DNA of 64,000 nucleotides from Chara braunii (taxonomy: Eukaryota > Plantae > Charophyceae), in assembly GCA_003427395.1 (NCBI GenBank), contig BFEA01000018.1:2876315-2940314 (forward strand), read 5' to 3'. Under the pieces are notes generated by a model. That model had not been told where the DNA came from. It searched no databases and saw only the letters and a list, made by a program, of their open reading frames with translations. This document shows, piece by piece, positions 11,279 through 22,204 of this stretch (positions within the stretch are counted from its first letter, which is position 1; each line of letters begins with the position of its first letter). Position numbers and translations under genes: made by a program.

Positions 11279-11682
11279 TCGCGTGGTTGGACTGGTTGTC
11301 CAAGTCGAGTGGTATAGGATTGCGCTTGGGAGATCGGCACCTCAAGCGGCGATTCTCGTACGGGTCCGATTTGAACGTTAACAACTCGTACCCTGTATGC
11401 TACAGCAAACGAGATACGCCCTTGGTTGATCCACCTTTGCAACCAGACGTAAAAATTTTCGTTCATGGACTAATAGCTCGATAGGGATACATCCATCTAA
11501 GGGATCGTGACAACTTTCATAGGTGGAGGCAAGTTGTACCTCGCGTGACCCTATCCTGCCGTAGGGGTTTGCGAGAGGTATCGACCTGAGTGGCACTGCT
11601 CCAAGACACCTTGCGTCCTAACTTCCAAAATCCTATGTGATGCGGTCGGGAGGGTCCCCAAGCAAGACCGATGCGCTCGACA
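11279..11682 (+). ncRNA. Candidate large structured RNA module, copy 3
   Basis: Same block order. The closing helix is replaced by GAGTGGT(11307)/ACTGCTC(11595). Other helices: GGATTGC-GCTTGGG/CTCAAGC-GCGATTC; TCCATCTA/TAGGTGGA; GTTG-TACCTC/GAGGTA-CGAC. Confidence 0.6.
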
Positions 11683-12160
11683 ACGCGCCCGACGCGCCCG
11701 CTGCCCGAGAAAAAGTCCTCACCCTCACCCACCCGCACCTGTGAGAACATCATTACCCCTCTGCAGCCAAGTCCTAAATTTTTATCGGTTGCACCTACCC
11801 GTACTGATGTGGCCCCACCCACGACTTTTCCACTGGTATCACCACCTCTCTACCTCCCGCCACCCACCAGTGTCACTGCGTCACTAGTCCAAGACACCTT
11901 GCGTCCCAACTGCCAAAATCCTACGCGACGAGGCAAGGAGGGTCCCTGTGCAGGACCAATGCGCTCGACAACACATCCGACGCGCCCGCTGCCCGAAAAA
12001 AAGTCCTCACCCGCACCCGTGAGAACATCATTACCCCTCTGCGGCCAAGTCCTAAATTTTTGTCGGTTGCACCTACCCATGTCGACGTGGCCCCACCGAT
12101 GACTTTTCCACTCGTGTCACCACCTCTCTACCTCGCGCCACCGACCCGTGTCACTGCGTC
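11600..12160. repeat. Tandem duplication, ~288-bp period, including the terminal hairpin of the module
   Basis: tccaagacaccttgcgtcc at 11600 and 11888; the copies stay colinear to gtgtcactgcgtca. Confidence 0.9.
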
Positions 12161-14112
12161 ATGGCGTCATACAACAGTAAGGATGGGTAAGTTGGGGGCG
12201 GGCTTCCAAATTCGCGAAGTTTGTTAACCAAGGTTGAATTCTCCACCGGTGTTGCCACAGATCTAGGATATGCATACTTTGGCTAGATCCGCTCCCTCGT
12301 TTTTTTTTTGAAAAATTGGGCGAGGGGTTGGAATGTTGGAGCGCTCTTTCCTATTTTTTTGGCCCCAACATAACGGGCGACCCAACACGACTGTATTCAG
12401 ACCCGCTTTTTGTTTTTGTCGACCTCGGGCCTATGCACTGCACAATGAACCTAAGGCCTTTTTTTTTGGGGGTGGGGGGGGGGGGGGGGAGTCTGAAAGG
12501 CGCCAAGGGCCCAAGGGAGGGGNGGGGGGAGTTGTTTTTTCGGGTGTTCCTGGGTCTATGGGTCGGGTGACCTAAGCCAATGCTTCACCCACCTGTCACC
12601 CACTTGGCGGGTGCCCTCGGGCAAATGTTGACCCCCCATGACCTAGAAATGCCCACTAGCTGCACACGCATGTCACCCACCCAAAACGGCATAGGTAGAT
12701 CCAAGCCCAACCCCATCACCTTGTGGGTCGTGTGGGGTAGGTGGGTGCCGTTGTGAGTACCCAAGCCCACCTCTGGTTGTTACTATCGGGATCTCGACGT
12801 CTCAAATCCGCCTGAATGGTAGTTAGTAAGCTCCAACATTTAATTGTCGCCCACTTCTTTTTCGAGCACGTGCTTTGAGCCCCAACATGTCATTGATCTC
12901 CCAGTAAGCTCTCACTGACTTCTCGTTGGCCCCCTTAGGTCTTTCTAATCTTAAGGCATTTTCCCCTGTTCGATGCCCAAATCCCCTTGCTCTCCCCAAA
13001 AGTGGCATTTGTGGCCCCTTCCAAAACAAATGTTCACACTTCTCCTCCTATCCTCCTCAGTATGTCATCATCACGTCACTTCACTCGTGCGGGTTGTGAA
13101 AAACCCGATTAGATTGCAACACGTGTCTCGAGAGTAAGGTCTTGTCTAAGGTCACGTCATTTTGATTTTCTCCCTGTCACCTCTCGTCGCTCAACGTGTC
13201 AGTTTGATCCTACTTGGTTCACCCTCGTAAAACGTCAGCCTCTTACCGTTTTGTCCAAATGGCTGCCCAACCCTATATCATTCAACGTAAAATGGGTATG
13301 TGGGTCAAGCCCCTCCGCCAGCGTCGTAGCAGAGAAACCTATGACTGTGCAAACCAAACACATTTTTGGTCCTGCACGGTTTCTATTTTTTCCCGCAACC
13401 TAACCCGATTGTCAAGACATGCCTCAACATTTTGCTTCAAACTTTAATACCTCATAGTATTATCGATAGGGCTTAATCGGGCTCGTACAAAACCGATTCC
13501 GACCAGGTGTCAGTTGCTTTAGGCTGACACGGTTGACCTTGTAGCCTATTTGAGTTACTACTAGACCCTCGCTTACAATCGAGGCACTTAAATTAATAAA
13601 ATTATGACTTTTAGGTTGCTAAGTATGCAACTGATGTTTGCTCGCTTCCTTTTTTCAACCACCTCTCAAGAGCATGGTTCAACCATTGTCCACCATTGCA
13701 TCTTTGCTGCCATCGTTCGCTGCTATCGTTCACTGCCATCGTTCTTAGGATCGGAAGTAACCCCGAATCGAAGTCCCAGAAGGGCGCATGAAATTATTAA
13801 CATAGTACACACAAATAATCTTATTCAAAAATGAGCAATAGGTACCCACACCCACACCCACACCCACCCGCACCCGCACCCACCCGACCCACAAGGGAGA
13901 GTTAGGGATAGGTTTGTCTAACCTAGCCTAGGTGGGTCATGGACGGATGTAGTAAAGCCAATCTGGGCGGGTGAGATGGTTCTGTAACTCTCAAGCCTGG
14001 GTCACCCAATGAGCAGGTTGTGGGCGACTTAGGTATTATCCTTGGGTAGGTATTGGGCAGGTTGGGCCTTGGGGTGGGTTACCCGAACCAGATCACCCAA
14101 AGCATTGATCCC

Positions 14113-14319
14113 CACCTCCCCGCCCCTCTCAAATTTTATTTTTTTTACGCCATCATAAAAGAATTAAGTGTTGTCAACCAACATTAAATCTCAGGCAGAC
14201 TTAGAAAAAAAAAAAAAAAAAAAAAAAAAACACTTCCCCGCCCCACTCGATAATTTTTTTTTACGCCATCATAAAACATTCGAAGTGTTGTCAACGAACA
14301 TCAAACCTCTGGCAGACTT
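14113..14319. repeat. Diverged tandem duplication of ~90 bp separated by a poly-A tract
   Basis: ttttttacgccatcataaaa..aagtgttgtcaac..ggcagactt occurs twice. Confidence 0.8.
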
Positions 14320-14719
14320 TCACAAAAAACAAAAATGAAACACATTGCTAATATGCCCAATGTCTGCCTCTGCCGAAATCTTGACTTAGCACTGCGAACT
14401 CAATAGCATGCGCAAGTTGCAATGGTGAAAACAAGACCGGTCGAGTCCGACAATTGACATATTCGTTTGCATTCAAAATTGGCACAACTTTCAAGCCGTT
14501 GAGCAAACCCAACAACAACATGTGCAAAACAACCAAGCACACCAGTCAGCGTTGGAGTTCATTAGGGGGATTACCATCACTGACTCCATGAAACCTCTAT
14601 TTCTCCTCCACAATTGTCAAGCTAAAAGAAGACCGTGTGACTCCAAACTCGACAAGTTAAAAAAGTTGTCGGAATTCGCATTGGCGGGTTGAAAGACTAT
14701 AGGAATTCAAATACATAAC

Positions 14720-14860
14720 TTTATGTATGTTTACATCCATCTCGAATAGCAAGTACAATTTCTTATATGCAACCAACATATTGACGAAGAAAAGGAATGC
14801 ATTAGATGGTTCGATGATGAATGACATTCATTAGATCTAACAATGACTGAGCCCAAACAC
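14720..14860 (+). pseudogene. Possible hAT transposase C-terminal dimerisation-domain remnant
   Basis: Translates to YNFLYATNILTKKRNALDGSMMNDI, resembling the hAT motif FS...I.T..RNRL. Nearby ACCC-rich subterminal-like tracts lie at 12540-12776 and 13840-14107. Confidence 0.3.
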
Positions 14861-16057
14861 CCCATTGAAGGCTTGCATAAAATTTGCTTAAATGGATTAC
14901 TAATATGTCCAATTGTGGACTTTTTTTCTTTTCTAGGTAGTGTAAGTTATATTAAAGGTTGACTATTAAAGAACAGTTCTCTAAATGATGAATTGTGATA
15001 TTTCTTCATGTTATGTTACAATAATATGATGCAAATATGAAATGGTAAGCATGTGTACAATACGATGTTTGAGCGGATGAAACAAAGTGAAGGTGGTTGC
15101 ATGCATGTTTGACTAGGTCATAGACGTGAGGCGAGTCAGGGTGAGATTACAAGTGTGAACGATGTGGATGAGGTTTTTTTTTTTCCAGGTGTTGACTGGG
15201 TTGGGCCAATTAGATAAAAGATAATGCGAGAAGGAAAATATTAAGGCAAGGGTGGGTCAGATGAAAAAAAAAAGAAATAGTGCGGGTCTGGTGTGCACCT
15301 TTATTTTCGATATGGTATTTATTTTAAAATAGTCATTGAGGTTTCAAAACTATTTTTCCAGTCGTTACCTTCGTGATACACTCCAGTCTAAACTTGCGTG
15401 TCGCATCCATGCCCAAAACCTGCAAACTAAAAGGGTTTATGTTCTTATGTATTACATAGTATATCGCTGTAACAGTCAACAATAAAATTATGCATGTTTA
15501 AACAATCACAAGTGGTTAACGGGGACCCTCACTTTCATCTCCTAAGTAACGGGTTGTAAACTGAAATTAGGGTTTGAGGGTTAAGTTTTATGTTGTCGTT
15601 GTTTTTTTTTTTTTTTTTTTTTTTTTTTTTCATGATTGTTGTATGTTAAATTTTGTATCATCTGGGGCATTGAAATTTCCTCTGCCGAGATTGCTGAAAT
15701 TCCTGAAGCTTTCTGAAATTGAAATGTTTGAGAAATTTCATGAAAGTGCACTTTTGCCTTGATGTTTTATAGGAGGTTTTTTTTTTTTTTTTTTTTTTTT
15801 TTTCAAGTAGTTGGTATGATTTCCACTTTATAAATTACTGACAAGTTTGGTTAAAATGACCCTTGGGTTGGATTGAGAATTTGTCTAAAAATTAAGGTCC
15901 TCGTTAACCACCTCTTTATACAATGTGGTAACAAATGGCACATGCCCCGTATATATTGATACACATAACTCACAATATATAAATGGTACGTAAAAAAAAG
16001 TAAAAAAAAAGAAAATAAGAAAATGACTTGGCTGAAACTTACGATAAAAAAAAACTT

Positions 16058-16970
16058 ACATAGTTCGGTAACCATTTTAGTCAATCGTCATTAAGTCACC
16101 TTGAAAGATTAGCGTCCTAAATTACAGTTTCTATATGGATCTGGTTTAGGCGTTTAGCCATGCGTACCCTTATGCTACCGCATGCAAATAACGCCCTTGA
16201 CTGGTCCACCTTTGCCACGATATGTAAAAATTTGCATCAAATCAATAAAGTTAGACGCTTCAGTCATGTGGGTCAGTCATACCCCTTATAACTTGTGTAG
16301 CACGGCAAACGTGTTCATGCCCCTCCACGTTTGGACGAACGTGTTGGCGCGTTTGTGCGAACAGCTCGCGAACATGTTCGGACGAACATAAGTTTTTTCA
16401 TAAACAATGTACATATATTTGATTTCAATTTTTTATTTTTCACTCATGATTGGCTAAGAATTCGAACATGCTACCAAACAACAGTTGCTTGTATTGTTGT
16501 TTTACATAATATATATATATATATATATTTTAAAATTATCATGACTCTTTTGTTTTTTTTTTAATATTTTTGTATTCGCATTCAAAGGGTTTTTGACACT
16601 TGTTTGCGTTCGGGCGAACATGTCCGCCTTCACCTCCGAACGCGAACACGGTGTTACGTAGCTTATAACCCTATATAAATTGATAGGGTTTTGTGAGGTC
16701 CAACTTACCTTTGTCAAAGGAGTTGTTACCGTCCCTAGGCCGGGCGGGTGCATTTTGGTCGAGCTATCTACATTGGAAAAAATATGTAGGTACCTAAACC
16801 AAAATGCACCCGCCTAGGGACGATAACAACTCCTTTGAAAAAGGTAAGTTGGACCTCACAAAACCCTATCCATTCATATAAGGTTATAAGAGGTATGACT
16901 GACCCACACGACCAAAGTGTCTAACTTCATTAATTTGATGAAAATTTTTATAAACTTTCGCATGACATGG
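16058..16970. repeat. AT-eroded module copy 4 rearranged into a fold-back palindrome
   Basis: 16058-16235 matches the 5' half of the module (gcgtacccttatgctac..acgcccttgactggtccacctttgc). 16224-16950 is an inverted repeat centred at ~16778, with arms of ~170 bp after removing the MITE. The arms carry agggacg(g/a)taacaactcct..ggtaagttggacctc..ccctatc..gaggtatgactg. Confidence 0.75.
16293..16661. mobile_element. hAT-type MITE (369 bp)
   Basis: 8-bp target-site duplication CTTATAAC (16285-16292 and 16662-16669), imperfect 11-bp TIR and subterminal GTTCG/CGAAC motifs. Removing it restores the palindrome arm. Confidence 0.8.
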
Positions 16971-19900
16971 TCAACAAAGACCTCGTATGAATCTCGTGTA
17001 GCAAAACCCTAATAGTTACACCTCTCTCTTCTCTATATCGAGATGAACTAACAATTTTATTGTTCTTCTTCTTCATTGCTCACTAACTCTTTTATTATAG
17101 TCTAACCATTTACTTCCACCTCTATCAATGATGAGTGTCAATCTAGCCCCTCCCCTAAAAATAACAATGTCTTACTTTACACCTCTCTATAAGTACATAG
17201 TAAAACATTAGTCAACAAAAAGACGAATAAAATGTTATGTTTAACCGCTAAGCCCGACGAAGGTAAACTGCATACACTAGTAATATTTTTTTAAAATATT
17301 TATTCTTAATCGGGTTCAACCCTCAATAAAAAATGTGTGTATATAAGCATTTCTTGAAACAAATATTTAAGTAAAAAAAATTGGATCTTAGGACAACAAA
17401 TAACTCCCTGCGGATAATAGTTGTACATAGGTCAATCAACCCTAACTTGTGATAATTTTGTGTTGACAACTCATCTCCTTCATCTTAGATGTAAATAAAA
17501 AATAAAAAAGGGATTTAAAATTTTAAGGGATACACCCTCAATCGGCGGTATACCCTATTGATAACCACATATAAGAAAAAAAACAGTAATACAACATCAT
17601 TGTGAATAAAATGTGATATAAATATGAAAAAAGGAATAAAACTGCTACTTGTTAATCCAGCTGATGAAAAATAAACATCCTACTTTGACACAAACTCATG
17701 AAAAATTTTGACGCTTCAGTTGAAAAAATGTTGGCAACATTAAGCGAAATATGTGTAATATCAATTTGAAGTTTTAAAACAAAGTAAAAATTTACGCGTG
17801 GAAAACAATACGCTTGAAGCAACCGATTAGCTGCAAGGGCAAAAATTCTTGGGTGAGTGGTAAGTTATTCCCAAAAAAATGGTTGACTTACTATTCTCAC
17901 GTATTAATTGGCATGACCAAATATTAAATATTTCTTAATAACAACATATGCGGTAATAAATAAATAGTTTGACCAATGTTGTCATACTTCTATTATCATT
18001 TTACCGATCATCCTATTTATTTGACTGAGGTATTCAATTTTTATGGTTGGCCCGTATGTCATACACGACATTAAACAAAATCATTCGACATGTGTGAGTC
18101 CATCCGATGCATGTTATAATTACACATCAGACTAACCTCTCGACCTTCATGGGTAAGGGGTTATTTGGTTTTTACCTATACCTTTTACATTGAGTATGTT
18201 ACGCCGCATACAATGTTGATGCTTATTGCACGTTTTATTGCTTCTTATCACCATCTGGTAATGTGTTTCATAAAATTAGGAAAAGAAAATCACTTTGTTA
18301 GAATTGATCTAACATAAGATAAGTCTGGTTCATGTTGCCTTGTTCTGCTCACTATCTATGTATAGTTTTTCTTTTCTTTTCTTTTGGTCATACAAAGTCT
18401 TATTACACGGTCTTGGGGACGCTGCAAGTACCACGATTCATATGACAAAGAGAGACGCATCGAATGTTTAGTAGGTAGTGGTTTCTCATTGGTTATAATT
18501 GTGAACAATAGTTGACAATGGAGTGACTCCTCTCATACCATATATAAGAATAAAAAACAGATAGGAAGAAAAAAAAAAAAAATACAGTCATTATCATTGT
18601 TGATGTACGTTGATATCGTTATCCTCCTTAACGATGACTACAACCTCATTTATCCTAACACCTTCACAACCAATATAATAAAAAATAATAATAATAAAAT
18701 ATATGAGATTGAATGGAAAGAAAAGTTATGCATTTCTTCTCTCATTTTTTTTTTATCTCTAATTTTTTGTTTCTCTTCTAACTATTATTTTTTCTCTCCT
18801 TTTTTTGTGAGCGCATATATATATATATATATGTATATGCATGATGACAACAATATCTCACTTTTTGGCACGATGATATATTTTTTACATCAGGTGTTTT
18901 AATGATTTTAGGATCATGTGGCATATGCAATACATATTCATCATATGAAAAACATTGTGTGAATATGTCATCACTATTCCTATTCGTTGCATATTGGGCC
19001 GACTAAACCCCCTATGACTTTGCCATCGACAAGAATAGAGTCTCGATATTGTATCTTAACAAGACACTTTTTTTATGTATGTTTGAATGCTAAGTTATCT
19101 TTTGAGTCTTGATTGGGTGTTGGATATTCCCTCCCCCCCTCTTTCACCTTCCTTCCTTCTGGTTTTCTCGATGTTCAATGAATATGTCTGTGCATAGATT
19201 AATATTTTTTCGTACTTTCTCACTTTCGGCAAGCGTCGTGCAAAGCGTAAATACTTTTTAAGCATGAATGCACCTTGAATCATTCGATCCAACCGATTTC
19301 GATCCAACCCCTCCCCTTTCCACTTATGGTGAATGAATGTGTAGGTTGTGTAGAATAAGAGTTTTCCGTCTCTTCAGCATGTGATGAAATTTCTATATAT
19401 TTGCTCATTCTTCATCGATGATTGTTGATTGTCATAATGGTTGACATTATGTGCATGATCTATAAATATATGTTTGTTTTGCAATTTTTTCTTCTCGCTT
19501 TCAATAAGTGTTGCATTAGACATGTATCTTTTGGAAGCGAAGAGAAAGGCAAACCTGATAGTATCGAAGTCTCTCTATCCTCCTACTATGGATGTATGAA
19601 TGAGTGTTTTTTTTTTTTTCATCTCGCATTTCGACCTTTATCGAACCTCAGACCCGTATTGACATGGTTTGTGTTTGTTTGCAATCCATCGGATAACATG
19701 ATACCCAAATGTTGTTAAATCTCCCATTACTTCTGAATTTTTTTCCTTTGAATGACTCCCGACCACGTTTTTGAAGAACTTTATTCCAAACTCACCCATT
19801 ACCTTCCTGGGTAATCCTCCCCTTTCAAAGGAACATTTGACATGAATGTCAGATCATATTGCCTGATTTCCTTCACGAGGCTTATATTTCGAGTTAATGG

Positions 19901-20699
19901 GATCAATTTAATTTGTTTTGTGAACGGTGGATACCCATACAATCAGTGATTGATGGTCGTGTGGACTCAACCTGTGGGATCCCCTGTGCCACGACTCCGT
20001 AAATATCCCCGCTTATGCCCGTTCTCGTACAACGAGAACAAGACACGTGTCTACAAGTGGGATGTGCGTGAAGCGTAGCTCAGATCGACCAACCATACTA
20101 GTTTCTTTTTGAAACGTACCACTCTGCGTTGTTAATTTGGGATTTGTAATTGTTGATACTGTCTTCCCTCCTTTTTTTGTTTTGCTTCCTTTTAATGAGT
20201 TAATTGTTATTTTGTGGCTCGGTGTCGCACCTCATTGGCCTCACACTTTGTATTTCGATTGTCAATGCACTGAATAACTAAAGGAGCAGGGGTTCAAATG
20301 TATGTCGTGTGGAGAAGAGGAAGTGGCAGTGAGAGCAGCAAGGTTGCGCCCCTCCGACTCCGACTTCGAGCTTTGTGAGACACGTTGTTGTACTCTTGTT
20401 TATAACTCGGATCCTGCGCACACACATTTTGGATTCAAAGGTACTTTTTGGAGAAAGGCATTGCGTTGCCCGTGACGAAGTTCAAAGGTACTTTTTGGAT
20501 TAAATAGTCGTTGCCACAGAGCGTGATTTTGTCTCTTCCCACCACCGTTTGTTGCTCCATAACTGAAACCACACGGAAGATTCTCGTTCCGACTTGGAAC
20601 TCCGCACTTAATTTTTCCAGATTTCAATCTCGACCTGGAACTCCACACTCTAAAAATGAGGAGGGAAAAAAAAATAGATTGTTGATTATGGTTGCTCTA

Positions 20700-22190
20700 G
20701 AGTGAAACGAGAATAGACAAAATTGACGAAGTTCACTTGGTCGGCCATCATAAGGTTTTGGTCGAAGGGTACACCATTGATACGATAAGTATCCTTAGAG
20801 GCAACAAAGCATCCTTCAAATGGAAAGACAAAACAACGATACATCGAGTCAGGGTATTGGACAACGACAGAGAAAAATGGGGCTTTCAACCCCACACAGT
20901 CATCCAAAAGTTAACCCTTAGATACACTAGAGTGGAGATGGAAGCCCTTACAAAGTTGGGACAACCTCCCCCCTCTATGGATATAGCGTCACATCCTGAC
21001 CGTGAAGTCCACATACAAAATGCTTAGCGTGAGGCCCATACGTCATTTGAGGGATATTTGAATGTCCGATGGGCCAAACACCTTAAAATAGATTGTCGCC
21101 TTTTTACGCCAATACGTTGGTTCTAGGAGCAGAAGACCAAACCCGTCAAGATAACCTCTTTATGGCAAATAGCACATTGTTGTTTGACAACCAATAATTC
21201 GCTGATAATTACAAAAATTTGGAATAGAGAGGGCAAGCGCTACCATGGGGTTAGCAGTGCGTGTGACTTTTTCCCCCGCACAAAAGGGTGGAGACGATCA
21301 AGCACATTCTCATGCAATGCCCTATCGCGTTGTTGATTTGGAGGTGGTGGGATCGGATCTGGAGGAGGAGGATGTTAGATATACCCTGGTCATGGTCATG
21401 GCAGGCAATATTAACAGGCCATTGGTCGTCTCTGCAGGAATACCCAGCCTTCGTGGACAATATGTATACCTTAGGAAGGAGGGCCCTACTGTGGACATTT
21501 TGGTGGCAAAGGTGCCTACTTGCGATCGAGAAGGTATGGGTGGACGCGGCGGAGATCAAGGAACAAATCCTACAGCAGGTACAACTAGAGCTAATGCGAA
21601 AATCTCCCTATCCGCAGTTGGACATCTTTGTTCAGATTGGAGATATCAGACGAGCAATCACCACATTCTGCACAGAGTGGTTGGGAGGGGAGAGGGGGGG
21701 ATGGATAGAAACAATAGATTGGAGTGGGGACAAATCGGAGAACCAACAGCGTATGGAAGGGATGATAGATTATCATCTGTTGTTCAAAGACGGGTACATG
21801 TTGATCCCTCTTTCCCCCTGCGCCCCCCCTCAAACTTTCCTGATCTCTCCCCAACCCATGCCCTTTTTTTAGCCGAGATTGCTTTACAAAGGTTGGCGCC
21901 ACTTCGACAGGTAAGCAACCCCCTTTAGTGCCCCCCAACAGGACTGGTTCCCTGTCCACACGACATGCGCTTGGCCCTCTTGGTGCCCCCCAAGGAATGT
22001 CGGCTTCTTTACCAATCTCAACAGGAGGAAAGGTGCTAGGAGAGCAGGTGGGATATGGCGCGCGAGACAAGGGTGAAGAGGCATTGGCCGAGGATATGAA
22101 GACTCAATTTTTTGGATGGTTCAGTTTTTTTTGCTGCTCAGTTAACCCCCCGTTCTCGCTGGGGCAGTCAATGTTGGCAGCCACGACAAT
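20700..22190 (+). mobile_element. 5'-truncated L1/Tx1-like LINE (ORF2 C-terminus and 3' UTR)
   Basis: ETIKHILMQCPIALLIWRWWDRIW (zf-RVT region) is colinear with the 43161-44993 ORF. The 3' UTR at 22133-22180 matches the reverse complement of 42540-42590. Confidence 0.85.
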
Positions 22191-22204
22191 ATTCTCATTC
22201 CTCA

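Noticed and set aside
19630-19790. APE endonuclease remnant (QTRIDMV...TPDH)
   Set aside because: Two short motifs in different frames are too weak to call.
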